A stretch of 64,000 bases of DNA from Alphaproteobacteria bacterium Ga0077535 (GCA_001464425.1 LNEK01000042.1:70841-134840); one strand, 5' to 3'; numbered from the stretch's first letter, positions 40,925-50,970 are shown. Numbers and translations are program-made. The notes: generated from the letters alone by a model not told the origin.

Positions 40925-42214
40925 ATGACGATTCCCGCCACGTACTCCGATCCAGCCATTGCGGAAGCGCATCAGGCGCTCGCTGACCGCACACCGGTCG
41001 TGCTGCTGATCGGCCGCGCCGGAACCGGCAAAAGTCATTTCATTCGGTCATTGGTCGACAGTGACCCGACTTACCCGCAGGCGCTGCTGGCGCCGACCGG
41101 CCTCGCGGCGATGAATATCGGCGGCCAAACCGTGCATTCGTTCTTCGGCTTTCCGCCGCGGCCGCTGATCGGCAATGCGGAAAAACCCCACTGGTTCTTC
41201 ATGCGCACGGCGCGCGCCATCAACCGCCTGATCATCGACGAAGTTTCGATGCTGCGCGCCGATGTGCTCGACGCGATGAACAAGCATTTGCAAGTCGCGC
41301 GCAAAAGCTCGCGGCCGTTCGGCGGCGTGCAGATGCTTCTCGTTGGCGACTTCTACCAGCTGCCGCCGGTAGTGCGCGGCGAGGAAAGCCAACTCCTGGA
41401 GGATGCTGGCTATTCCAGCCCCTACGCGTTCTCCGCGCATTGCTTGCGCGATGCGCCGCTCGCCGCGGTGCAACTCACTGAAGTGCATCGCCAGACCAAT
41501 CAGGACTTCATCGCCATTCTGTCTTCGATCCGCGAGCGGCGCGGTGTCGAAGAAGCGGTGACGATCCTCAACACAGTCTGCCTCGATCGCTCGCTGCCGA
41601 AGCGCCCGGTGTTGCTCTGCGCCACCAATGCGGTGGCCGATAATTACAACGCCCGCGGCCTCGCCAATCTTGAAGGCGCGGCGGCGCGCTACACTGGCGC
41701 GTTCGAAGGCGAAGCGCCCCGTGCGCAGGGCGACCGCTTCCCGGCGCCAATGGAATTGGTGCTGAAGCGCGAGGCGCGCGTGATCTTCACGCAGAACGAT
41801 CCCGAAGGCCGATGGGTGAACGGCTCGCTGGGCACGGTGAAATCGCTTGATGACGAAGTTATCGTGGTCGCGCTCGACGCCGGCGAGGAGGTTGATGTTT
41901 CGCGCGCGGTGTGGCCGCAAGCGCGCTGGACGTGGAACGCCAAGGAAAATCGCATGGAGGTGAAAGAGGAGTTCAAATACGTGCAATTCCCTCTCGCCCC
42001 AGCTTGGGCGCTCACCATCCACAAAGCTCAAGGCATGACGCTCGACAGCGTCGAGATCGATCTCGGCCGTGGCGCCTTCGCGCCGGGACAGGCTTATGTT
42101 GCGCTCTCTCGTGCGCGCAGCATGGAGACTTTGCGCCTTACGCGCCCGCTCTCACCGCGCGACGTACAAGTTGATCCAGCTATCGCGGATGGCTTGGCGC
42201 GGCTGGGCGCTTAA
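40925..42214 (+). CDS. PIF1/RecD-like SF1B DNA helicase
   Basis: Track ORF 40679..42214, trimmed to ATG 40925. Walker A GRAGTGKS, Walker B IIDEVSM, LVGDFYQLPPV, C-terminal TIHKAQGMTLD...AYVALSRARS. Confidence 0.8.
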   Translation: MTIPATYSDPAIAEAHQALADRTPVVLLIGRAGTGKSHFIRSLVDSDPTYPQALLAPTGLAAMNIGGQTVHSFFGFPPRPLIGNAEKPHWFFMRTARAINRLIIDEVSMLRADVLDAMNKHLQVARKSSRPFGGVQMLLVGDFYQLPPVVRGEESQLLEDAGYSSPYAFSAHCLRDAPLAAVQLTEVHRQTNQDFIAILSSIRERRGVEEAVTILNTVCLDRSLPKRPVLLCATNAVADNYNARGLANLEGAAARYTGAFEGEAPRAQGDRFPAPMELVLKREARVIFTQNDPEGRWVNGSLGTVKSLDDEVIVVALDAGEEVDVSRAVWPQARWTWNAKENRMEVKEEFKYVQFPLAPAWALTIHKAQGMTLDSVEIDLGRGAFAPGQAYVALSRARSMETLRLTRPLSPRDVQVDPAIADGLARLGA

Positions 42215-43038
42215 GCGCTCGCTGCGGCGTTAGCCGCCACTTCGTCCGTCACCACTTTGAATCCCGTCAGCGTTGCGGCGCCATAGGTGGTGGCGATGGC
42301 GGTATCGGTCGCATCACGGCCGCGCGCGATCAGGATGCGGCCGATGCGCGGCGTGTTATGGCGCGCATCGAAGGTATGCCAAGCGCCGTCGAGAAACGCT
42401 TCGAACCAGGCGCTGAAATCCATCGGCGCATCGCTATAGGGCACGCCGATGTCACCGAGATAGCCGGTGCAATAACGCGCCGGCACGCTCATGCAGCGGC
42501 AGAGCGTCACCGCAAGATGCGCGTAGTCGCGGCAGACGCCGAGCCGCTCTTCATGCGCTTCCCACGCCGTGCGCGTCGCGCGCGCGTGCGGATAGCCGAA
42601 AGTGATGCGCTCATGCGTGTAGTCGACGATGCTCTGCACCCGCGCCCACCCTGGCGGCGTTTTGCCAAACAGCGACCAGGCCAGCTCACTCATGCGATCG
42701 GTTTCGCAATAGCGGCTACCGAGGAGGTAGACCATCACGTCGTCCGGCAAATCCTGGATCGGCGTGAGCTTGGCGTGCTCGGCCACGTCGTCAGGCTGGC
42801 CGGAGTCAGTGATCAAAAAATCGCTTGAAAACGTCGTCAAGCCGGCGGGGAGAATCACGCGCGTGCAGATGTTGCCGAAGCCATCGATGTATTGCGGCAT
42901 CGCGACGCCGCGATCGTTGGTGAGGCTGTCCGGGGTTTGGAGGTCCGCCCTGCGCGTTGGGTGCACGTTGAGTGTCAGCACCGCCGAAGCGGGCGCCGGG
43001 CAGTCATAAGTAATGTCGAAGCCGCCTCGAATGAGCAT
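42211..43038 (-). CDS. Transglutaminase-like cysteine protease family protein
   Basis: Track ORF 42211..43131, trimmed to ATG 43038. Bact_transglu_N-like N-terminus; catalytic Cys motif GVCRDYAHLAVTLCR; later H/D (WFEAFLDGAWHTFDARH). Confidence 0.85.
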   Translation of the reverse strand: MLIRGGFDITYDCPAPASAVLTLNVHPTRRADLQTPDSLTNDRGVAMPQYIDGFGNICTRVILPAGLTTFSSDFLITDSGQPDDVAEHAKLTPIQDLPDDVMVYLLGSRYCETDRMSELAWSLFGKTPPGWARVQSIVDYTHERITFGYPHARATRTAWEAHEERLGVCRDYAHLAVTLCRCMSVPARYCTGYLGDIGVPYSDAPMDFSAWFEAFLDGAWHTFDARHNTPRIGRILIARGRDATDTAIATTYGAATLTGFKVVTDEVAANAAASA

Positions 43039-43158
43039 GTCATCCCCGTTCGCCCAGACGCCAACGCGCGAGACGGAGATTAGGCGCCGAACCGGGGAAA
43101 GTTTCGAGGCTTGCGGCCGGTGGCCGAGCAATATCGGGTCCAGGCGCCTACGAAAGCA

Positions 43159-44700
43159 TCACATAAACGGCCGGCGCGGGGACGCGGTGTGTTCACCGCG
43201 AACCACACCGCTATCGTCAGCCTCGACCAATTTCACGTCATAGCCCCAAAGGTCGGCGACGTGCTGTAGCACTTTTTGCGTGTCGCCCTCTTCCAGCACG
43301 ATGCCGTCAAGCACACGGTGGCCGAGGATGAGCTTGCGATCGCCGGCGAGATCTACGTCGACAATCTGAATGTCCGGGTCGCGGTAGGCAATGTCGTAGT
43401 GCTTTGAGAGCGCGCGGCGGATTTTGCGATAACCGCGCTCATCGTGGATTGCGGCGACGTTCATCTCCTCCTGCTCCTCGTCATCAACGACGCGGAAGAG
43501 GCCAAAGTCGCGGATGCAGGCCGGCGAGAGAAATTGCGAGACAAAGCTCTCGTCGCGATAGTTCGCCCAGATGTCGCGCAGCGTGCCGTACGGATCGTTG
43601 TTGCCGGCGATATCCGGCATCCACTCGCGATCCTCATCCGTGGGCTTAGTGCAGATGCGTTCGATATCGCAGCACATAGCAAAGCCAAGCGCATACGGAT
43701 TGATGCCGCTATAGCGGCGATCGTCGAAGCCCGGCTGCAGAACAACGCCGGTGTGCGAGTGGATGAATTCGAGGAACGAGCCGTCGTCGATCTGACCCTT
43801 CTCGTGCAGCCGGTTCATGATGCGATGGTGCACGTACGTCGCGCAGCCTTCGTTCATCACCTTGGTTTGCCGCTGCGGATAAAAATACTGATTGATCAGC
43901 CGCACGACGCGCAAGATTTCGCGCTGCCAGGGCGCGAGACGCGGCGCAGTCTTCTCTAAGAAGTAGAGCAGGTTCTCTTCCGGCAAACCGAGCAACGCTT
44001 TGCGGCGCTCGTCCTCGTCCTTGTTTGGCTTGCGCTTGCCGGCCGGCACCGTGCGCCAGAGATCGTTGAACAATTGCTCGCCGTGCAGGCGGCGCTCTTC
44101 CTCGCGCTTTTGTTCCGAGCGCAAGTCCGCCATGCGCTTGCGCGGAAATCGATGCACGCCGTGGCTTTGCAGCGCGTGCGCGGCATCCAACATGCGCTCG
44201 ACCTCTTCCTGGCCGTAGCGATCTTCGCACTTGGCGATGTAGGCGCGCGCGAACTCGAGATAATCGAGAATGCCGTCCGCGTCGGTCCATTGCTTGAAGA
44301 CGTAATTGTTCTTGAAGAAATGGCTGTGACCGTACCCGGCGTGCGCGATCACCAGCGTCTGCATCGTCGCGGAGTTTTCCTCCATGATGTAGACGAGGCA
44401 CGGATTGGAATTGATCACGATCTCATAGGCGAGGCCCTGATAGCCTTTCCGATAAAGCGCCTCGTTGCGCGCGAACTCTTTGCCGAAGCTCCAGTGCCGA
44501 TAGAAAAGCGGCATGCCAGTGGACGCGTAGGCGTCGAGCATCTGCTCGGTGGTGATGACTTCGATCTGATTGGGGTACGGATCGAGCCCCATCTCATTGA
44601 TGCCGATCTCGCCGCACGCTTCGTGCACGCGCTTGATCAGGTCGAAATCCCAATCGGCGCCCTTAAACAGCAATTTGCTTTCGGCCAACGTCGTCATCAC
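43159..44700 (-). CDS. spoVR: SpoVR/YcgB-family protein
   Basis: 513 aa, collinear with SpoVR/YcgB (YPNQIEVITTEQMLDAYASTGMP, VIAHAGYGHSHFFKNN). Start overlaps the yeaH stop. Confidence 0.92.
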   Translation of the reverse strand: MMTTLAESKLLFKGADWDFDLIKRVHEACGEIGINEMGLDPYPNQIEVITTEQMLDAYASTGMPLFYRHWSFGKEFARNEALYRKGYQGLAYEIVINSNPCLVYIMEENSATMQTLVIAHAGYGHSHFFKNNYVFKQWTDADGILDYLEFARAYIAKCEDRYGQEEVERMLDAAHALQSHGVHRFPRKRMADLRSEQKREEERRLHGEQLFNDLWRTVPAGKRKPNKDEDERRKALLGLPEENLLYFLEKTAPRLAPWQREILRVVRLINQYFYPQRQTKVMNEGCATYVHHRIMNRLHEKGQIDDGSFLEFIHSHTGVVLQPGFDDRRYSGINPYALGFAMCCDIERICTKPTDEDREWMPDIAGNNDPYGTLRDIWANYRDESFVSQFLSPACIRDFGLFRVVDDEEQEEMNVAAIHDERGYRKIRRALSKHYDIAYRDPDIQIVDVDLAGDRKLILGHRVLDGIVLEEGDTQKVLQHVADLWGYDVKLVEADDSGVVRGEHTASPRRPFM

Positions 44701-46001
44701 GCGCCCTCCGCGGAAACGCCTTCAGGGCGGCGCGCGAACAATTCACGGAACACCGGGTAAATGTCACGGCGATGGCGCACTTTGCGCATCGCAAACGGCG
44801 CATCGACGGGCACGCGCCGATAGGCGCGCCAAAGATTGGTGCTTGGCTCGCCGGCGCCCGGATGATCGTCCTCATCGTCCATGCCAACTTCGACATAGGC
44901 GTAGTATTGGCAGATCGGCAGTATCACGTCCTTGAGTTGCCCAAGCACGACAGCATTATCGCTCGACGTGTTATCGCCGTCGCTGGCTTGCGCGGCGTAG
45001 ATGTTCCACTGATCGACCGGATAGCGATCGCGCACGATCTCCGCCATTTTGAAGAGCGCGGTGGAGACCACCGTGCCGCCGGTCTCGCGCGAATAGAAGA
45101 ACGTCTGCTCGTCCACCTCTGACGCTTCATGCGTGTGGCGGATGAACACCACGTCCACGTGCTCGTAGCGGCGGTTTAAGAAGAGGTAGAGCAGCGAATA
45201 AAACCGCTTCGCCAAATCCTTCATGTGCTCGTTCATCGAGCCGGAGACATCCATCAGGCAGAACATCACCGCCTTGGCGATGGGTTTTGGATTGGACTCC
45301 AGCCGACGATAGCGCACATCAACCGGGTCAATGTACGGAATGCGCTTAGAGCGCGCCAAGCGCTGCTCCAAATCCAAGCGCAGCGCCTGCAGGGCATCGA
45401 ACTGGCCGCCTTCGCGCTCCAGCTTTTCGATCTCTTCGCGCAGCGCCGCGATCTCTTCCGCCTTCGGCCGCTTCAACGCGATGCGGCGCGACATCGAATA
45501 GCGCAGCGTACGCGGCACCGAGATGCGCGACGGCGGGCCTGAGGTCGAGAAACCCGCCTGGCGCCATTGCACCGCTTTGGCGCCGGCGATCTGGCGCTTG
45601 GCGAGATCGGGAAGCTCAAGGTCTTCCAGATAAAGATCGAGATATTCTTCGTCGGTCAGCGCAAAGCGAAATTCATCTTCGCCCTCGCCGCTATCGCTCG
45701 CTTGCGAGCCTTGGCCGCCGCCCTGCTCCGGCCGTGGAATCCCGTCGCCTTCGATATACTTCTTGTTGCCGGGCAGGACGTAATCTCGCATCCCGCCATG
45801 ACGCGAGCGATGCAGATGCGGCTCGTGCACGCCGCCCGTCGGGATCGAGATTTCGCCGCCCTTGCCGGCGTCCTTGATCGAGCGCGTGCCCGACGCTTCG
45901 CGCACCGCCTTGCGCACTTGTGCGCGGGCGCGGCGCAAGAAGCGCTGGCGGTTCGCGAAGCTTTTGCCGCCAGGATTGAGCCGGCGGTCGATAATGTGCA
46001 T
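44697..46001 (-). CDS. yeaH: YeaH/YhbH (DUF444) protein
   Basis: Track ORF 44697..46040, trimmed to ATG 46001 (MHIIDRRLNPGGKS...), 8 nt after the prkA stop. vWA-like core CLMDVSGSM. Confidence 0.9.
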   Translation of the reverse strand: MHIIDRRLNPGGKSFANRQRFLRRARAQVRKAVREASGTRSIKDAGKGGEISIPTGGVHEPHLHRSRHGGMRDYVLPGNKKYIEGDGIPRPEQGGGQGSQASDSGEGEDEFRFALTDEEYLDLYLEDLELPDLAKRQIAGAKAVQWRQAGFSTSGPPSRISVPRTLRYSMSRRIALKRPKAEEIAALREEIEKLEREGGQFDALQALRLDLEQRLARSKRIPYIDPVDVRYRRLESNPKPIAKAVMFCLMDVSGSMNEHMKDLAKRFYSLLYLFLNRRYEHVDVVFIRHTHEASEVDEQTFFYSRETGGTVVSTALFKMAEIVRDRYPVDQWNIYAAQASDGDNTSSDNAVVLGQLKDVILPICQYYAYVEVGMDDEDDHPGAGEPSTNLWRAYRRVPVDAPFAMRKVRHRRDIYPVFRELFARRPEGVSAEGA

Positions 46002-46009
46002 CGCGCCGC

Positions 46010-47950
46010 TTACCCCGCCTGCTTCACGCGCATGTACCACTCGACCAGCCGGCGGACTTGTCGCTCGGTGTAGCCGCGCTCAACCATGCGCAACACGAAC
46101 TCCTCGTGCTTCTTCTCCGTCTCGCCATCCTTCTTCGAACCGAAGGTGATGATCGGCAGCAGGTCCTCCACTTGAGAGAACATCCGCCGCTCGATCACTT
46201 CGCGGATTTTCTCATACGAGGTCCAAGACGGGTTCTTGCCGCCGTGGCCCGCGCGCGCGCGCAAGGTGAACTTCACGACTTCGTTGCGGAAATCCTTCGG
46301 GTTGGCGATTCCCGCCGGCTTCTCGATCTTCGAGAGCTCTTGGTTGAGCAGTTCGCGATTCAAGAGCTGGCCAGTGTCCGGATCCTTGAAGTCGATGTCT
46401 TCGATCCAGGCGTCGGCATAATCAACGTAGCGGTCGAACAGGTTCTGCCCGTAGTCGTGGTAGCTTTCGAGATACGCCTTCTGGATTTCGTTGCCGATGA
46501 ACTCAGCATAACGCTGACCGAGCTCCGCCTTGATGAACTCGAGCAATTTGCTTTCCGCCTCTTGCGGAAACTGTTCGCGGCGGATCGCCTGCTCCAGCAC
46601 ATACATCAAGTGGACAGGATCGGCGGCGACCTCTTGCGTGTCGTGGTTGAACGTGCCGGCGAGAACCTTGAACGCAAAACGCGTCGAGATGCCGTCCATG
46701 CCCTCATCGACGCCGGCGGCGTCTTTGTATTCTTGCAGCGTGCGCGCCTTCGGATCGACCTCTTTCAGGCTCTCGCCATTATAGACGCGCATCTTCGCGT
46801 AGGCGTTGGAGTTCTCGTGCTCTTTCAAGCGCGACAGCACCGAAAAGCGCGCCAGCATTTCGAGTGTGCCCGGCGCGCATGGCGCTTCGGAAAGCTCCGA
46901 CGTGCGGATCAGCTTCTCATAGATCTTCTTCTCCTCATCGACGCGCAGGCAATACGGCACCTTGATCACATAGATGCGGTCGATGAAGGCCTCGTTGTTC
47001 TTGTTGTTTTTGAACGATTGCCATTCGGCCTCGTTCGAGTGCGCCATGATCACGCCCTGGAACGGGATGGCGCCGATATTCTCGGTGCCGACGTAATTGC
47101 CTTCCTGCGTCGCCGTCAGCAGCGGGTGCAGCATCTTGATCGGCGCTTTGAACATCTCGACGAATTCGAGAATGCCCTGGTTGGCGCGGTTCAAGCCGCC
47201 CGAATACGAATACGCATCGGGATCATTCTGCGCATGCATTTCGAGCTTGCGGATATCGACCTTGCCGACCAGCGAAGAGACGTCCTGGTTGTTGTCATCG
47301 CCCGGCTCGACCTTGCCGACGCCAATCTGGCGCAAGCGCGACGGCATGATCTTGGCCACACGGAAACGCGTGATGTCGCCGCCAAATTCGTCCAGCCGCT
47401 TCACGCACCACGGGCTCATCAGCCCGCTCAAGCGGCGCTGCGGGATGCCGTATTCTTCTTCGAGCCGCTTGCCCCAGACTTCGGGATCGAACAGGCCAAG
47501 CGGATGCTCGAACACCGGGCTCATCGCATCGCCCGCCTTCAGCACATAAATCGGCTGCTCTTCCATCAGCGCCTTCAGGCGCTCCGCCAGTGACGACTTA
47601 CCGCCACCGACCGGGCCGAGCAGATAGATGATCTGCTTCCGCTCTTCCAAACCTTGCGCGGCGTGGCGGAAGAAAGCGACGATCCGTTCGATCGTCTCTT
47701 CCATACCGTAGAATTCCGCGAATGCCGGATAGAAGCGCACGGTGCGGTTCATGAACACACGCCCGAGGCGCGCGTCCTTCGACGTATCGACCATGCGCGG
47801 CTCGCCAATCGCCGCGAGCAAGCGCTCGTGCGCGCTCGCATACGCCATCGGGTCATCGCGGCAGAGCGTTAGAAAATCCTGCAGCGACATTTCCGCTTCG
47901 CGACGCTGCTCGAACGAGCGGGCGTAACTGCGAAAGATATCTTCAGACAT
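46010..47950 (-). CDS. prkA: PrkA/YeaG-family serine protein kinase (AAA+-like)
   Basis: Track ORF 46010..48007, trimmed to ATG 47950 (GGAGG RBS). Walker A GPVGGGKSS. Collinear with YeaG along its whole length. Confidence 0.95.
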   Translation of the reverse strand: MSEDIFRSYARSFEQRREAEMSLQDFLTLCRDDPMAYASAHERLLAAIGEPRMVDTSKDARLGRVFMNRTVRFYPAFAEFYGMEETIERIVAFFRHAAQGLEERKQIIYLLGPVGGGKSSLAERLKALMEEQPIYVLKAGDAMSPVFEHPLGLFDPEVWGKRLEEEYGIPQRRLSGLMSPWCVKRLDEFGGDITRFRVAKIMPSRLRQIGVGKVEPGDDNNQDVSSLVGKVDIRKLEMHAQNDPDAYSYSGGLNRANQGILEFVEMFKAPIKMLHPLLTATQEGNYVGTENIGAIPFQGVIMAHSNEAEWQSFKNNKNNEAFIDRIYVIKVPYCLRVDEEKKIYEKLIRTSELSEAPCAPGTLEMLARFSVLSRLKEHENSNAYAKMRVYNGESLKEVDPKARTLQEYKDAAGVDEGMDGISTRFAFKVLAGTFNHDTQEVAADPVHLMYVLEQAIRREQFPQEAESKLLEFIKAELGQRYAEFIGNEIQKAYLESYHDYGQNLFDRYVDYADAWIEDIDFKDPDTGQLLNRELLNQELSKIEKPAGIANPKDFRNEVVKFTLRARAGHGGKNPSWTSYEKIREVIERRMFSQVEDLLPIITFGSKKDGETEKKHEEFVLRMVERGYTERQVRRLVEWYMRVKQAG

Positions 47951-48278
47951 CGTGCCTCCGTCGCGCCCCGCCGGACCCAATATAGGTCTGCGGTCGTCGC
48001 TTAACATTCAGACATGCGAATCTGGCGGCCATAAGGTGGCCTTCGGCGCGAGGTCGCCGATCCGCCCAAGTGCGCAACACCAAGGTGACATGATTTGCCT
48101 CTTTGCCGCGCCCGAAAACTGGAAAAAACATGACCGCAGCGCGCGTGCTCAACGCGGCGCCTCAACCGACGCGCGCGCAGCCAATTTGTTAGGCGCCGTT
48201 AACGAAAGCAAAACCCTCTATTTTACGCGGCCTTAAGCACGTTGAGGCATCCCTATCGGATGCTGAGGCGAGGCCGTG

Positions 48279-50522
48279 ATGAGTGAGCAGTCCTGGGTGC
48301 TAAAGGGAATCGATCCCGAGACCCGCGAAAAGGCGGTCGCCGAAGCTGCGCGCCGCGGTGTCAGCCTCTCCGATTATTTGACAGATGTTGTGCTGCAAGG
48401 CGCGCTCTTGGAGCACATGCATGCGCCACAAGCGCAGGAGCCGGCACAAACCGAACCCACTGCGCAGGCTCCAAAGGAAAATTTTGTCGTCCGCCACCGC
48501 GTTGAAGCGCTCGAACGGCGCCTGCACCTTTCGGTCGGCGGCCTCGACAACGCCATTCACGCCCTCGACAGCTCGATGTTCGGCCTCGCATCGCGCATCG
48601 ATGAAGTCGAAGTGCTGGCCGCCGATACGGCGGACAATCTCGAACAATCGGTCAATGACGTCGGTGTGCAGCTGGCCGCATTGCGCAAGCGCATCGGCGA
48701 CGCCGAAGAGCAAAATGGCGCGCTGAACGAGGCGCACGAGCATTGGGGCATTCAGGCGCACGAGCGTTTTGAGGGCATCGATCAGCGTATCGACGGTGTC
48801 GAAGACGCCATTCGCGCCGCCCATACCGCCACCGCGCAAGTCGCCGTCGCCCACGAAGCGCTGAAATACGCCGTCGCAGACGATTTTAGCGCCTTCACCC
48901 GCGAGACCTCCGATCGCCTAAGCGCGAGCCTTGAAGAAGTGCGCGCCGCCGCCGCTTTGGCCGGCGAGCAGGCCGACGCCGCCGTCGCCCATTTGATCAT
49001 CGAACTCCGCACCGTGCGCGAGGCCCTGGAAGACCGCGTCGCCGAAGGCGTGTCGGAGACGCGCGCCAAGATGCATGCGGCGTTCGCAGACGCCGCCAAC
49101 CGCATGGCCTCGCTGTCTGACCGCGTCGAAGAGGCCGAGCGGCACACCCTGATCAGCGTCGATCAACTCCGGACGCAACTCGCCGACGTCGAAGACGCCT
49201 CGCAAACGGCGCTCGAAGAAACCGCCGAGAGCCTGCGCCAGGCGGGCGCCGCCCTCGCCGCCGAATTCGCCCGCGCCACCCGCGACAACCAAGTCGCGCT
49301 CGACAGCGTCCACGGCGACCTCTCCAGTGAAATCGCTGAACTGCGCGAGCGCCAGGCCGGCGGCTTCGGCCGCCTGAAGCAAATCGATGCGATCGTCACC
49401 ACCACCACAGCCGACATTGCCGCCTTGCGCGACATGGTCGAGCGCAGCATCGCCCAAAGCGAAGACGACGCGCGCGCCGCAATCGGCGAAGTGCGTTCGG
49501 AGGTCAGCGGTCAGATGTCGGCGCTTGCTGAGCGCATGTCGCATGGCGAACTGGTCGGCGCCGCCGGCCATCGCGTGCTCAAGGCGGATCTCGAGCGGGT
49601 CGAAACCTGCACCCTCGCCGCGCTTGAAAAACTCGCTAAAGATCAAGTCGAAGGCGTGGCTTCGCTGGAGCGCCGCCTTGATCAGCAAGGCCTCTCCACC
49701 GATGGCCAGATCGAGCACATCCGGCAGCGCCTAGATGCGTTCGTTGAGAGCCAGGAAGCCTTCCAGAACGGGGCTCTCGCCCGCTTCCGTCTGCTGGACT
49801 CTGCCGTCAGCGCCACTTCGGAGCTGCCGGCGCGGCTTGACCGCATCGAAGCCGGGCTCGGCGATCGCGCCATCGATCATGGCTTCGACGCACGCTTGCT
49901 GCGGCTGGAAGCTTTGGCCGAAAGCGAAAACACCGAGCAGGCGCTTGCAGCGCTGCGCGGTCAGATCGCAGGCCTCGCAGCCCAAGTCGAAGCTGGCAAC
50001 CAGAACGAAGAACTTGCGCAAAGCATTGAAGCGCTGCGCCAGCAGACCATCGAGGCGAACGAGAACGCGCACAATTTCACGCGCCTGATCGGCCACCTCA
50101 GCACCCAGCACAACGAGACGGTCAAGCAGGCCGACGAGCGTCTGCATAAGCTTGAGCTCGCCGTCGCTGACGTGCGGCTTGAGAACCTGGCCATCGACGC
50201 CACCGCCCTGGTTGAGCTCAATCAGCGGGTCGCAGCCCTCGAAGCCCGCCACGCCGAAACGCTCGACGTGCTGCGCCAAGACATCGGCATCTTCATCACC
50301 GACAACGTCCGCCGCCTCGAAATGCTCGAGCAGACTGTCGACGGGGGCATCGCCGACGAAGTTGCGGCCGAGTTCAAGGCGCTGCGTCAGCGGGTCGAAG
50401 ATCGGATCATGGGTGTCGAGCAGCGCAGCGTGCGCGCGCTGGAACAGGTCGCCGATACGATGGCGGTGCTGGAACAGCGCTTCAGCGAGGAGCTGGCGAG
50501 CGCTAACGCGCGGACGGCTTAA
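48279..50522 (+). CDS. Large coiled-coil protein with PodJ-N-terminus-like domain
   Basis: 747 aa. N-terminus SWVLKGIDPETREKAVAEAARRGVSLSDYLTDVVL, then ~650 aa of Ala/Glu/Arg/Leu-rich helical sequence with no TM or enzymatic motif. Confidence 0.75.
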   Translation: MSEQSWVLKGIDPETREKAVAEAARRGVSLSDYLTDVVLQGALLEHMHAPQAQEPAQTEPTAQAPKENFVVRHRVEALERRLHLSVGGLDNAIHALDSSMFGLASRIDEVEVLAADTADNLEQSVNDVGVQLAALRKRIGDAEEQNGALNEAHEHWGIQAHERFEGIDQRIDGVEDAIRAAHTATAQVAVAHEALKYAVADDFSAFTRETSDRLSASLEEVRAAAALAGEQADAAVAHLIIELRTVREALEDRVAEGVSETRAKMHAAFADAANRMASLSDRVEEAERHTLISVDQLRTQLADVEDASQTALEETAESLRQAGAALAAEFARATRDNQVALDSVHGDLSSEIAELRERQAGGFGRLKQIDAIVTTTTADIAALRDMVERSIAQSEDDARAAIGEVRSEVSGQMSALAERMSHGELVGAAGHRVLKADLERVETCTLAALEKLAKDQVEGVASLERRLDQQGLSTDGQIEHIRQRLDAFVESQEAFQNGALARFRLLDSAVSATSELPARLDRIEAGLGDRAIDHGFDARLLRLEALAESENTEQALAALRGQIAGLAAQVEAGNQNEELAQSIEALRQQTIEANENAHNFTRLIGHLSTQHNETVKQADERLHKLELAVADVRLENLAIDATALVELNQRVAALEARHAETLDVLRQDIGIFITDNVRRLEMLEQTVDGGIADEVAAEFKALRQRVEDRIMGVEQRSVRALEQVADTMAVLEQRFSEELASANARTA

Positions 50523-50815
50523 ACGTAGCGGGCTTCGGCCGTAGCGGGCGGCGGTGTCGCGATTTTAGCGTCGGCCTCGCCCATCAACAGATTGCTCGCG
50601 GTTTCCATTGCGCGCACGGCCACATCCTGAGCGAGGCCAATAACTTGCGCCCGCCAGGCGCTGGGAGCGATGGCCTGGCCTTTCTCTATGTCAGCGATGA
50701 AGCGTTCAGAGCAGCCCAGCACGGAGGCCAGCTCCTCGCGCCAACGCGCGCCGAAGAGCGCCCTGCCGGCGCTGGCCATTTCCCGGCCACTCAAGGGGAC
50801 GTAATCGGCTTTCAT
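50519..50815 (-). CDS. Small putative HTH (XRE-like) protein
   Basis: Track ORF 50519..50878, trimmed to ATG 50815. Segment ELASVLGCSERFIADIEKGQ looks like an HTH. Assignment weak. Confidence 0.45.
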   Translation of the reverse strand: MKADYVPLSGREMASAGRALFGARWREELASVLGCSERFIADIEKGQAIAPSAWRAQVIGLAQDVAVRAMETASNLLMGEADAKIATPPPATAEARYV

Positions 50816-50970
50816 GCGCGAAGCAGAACACGTTGCTGGTTGGCAACGTTTTAATATCGCTGCACTTTTGCGTAGCACTACCGCTATGGTTGTATTTTAT
50901 TGTAATCTCAGGTTGAGTCGCCGGCCGCTGTTTTACCTGTCGCTAACCCCCGGCGCGCATGGCTGGGGCG

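Noticed and set aside
46058-47593. 511-aa plus-strand ORF
   Set aside because: Antisense to prkA, which is collinear with YeaG along its whole length. High-GC shadow ORF.
48015-48031. Sigma-54-like element upstream of prkA (minus strand TGGCCGCCAGATTCGCA)
   Set aside because: The GG-to-GC spacing is off by one relative to TGGCAC-N5-TTGC, and the -12 element reads TCGC rather than TTGC.
48189-48203. CtrA-box-like TTAGGCGCCGTTAAC upstream of the coiled-coil gene
   Set aside because: The spacer is 6 nt rather than 7, and the first half-site is TTAG rather than TTAA.
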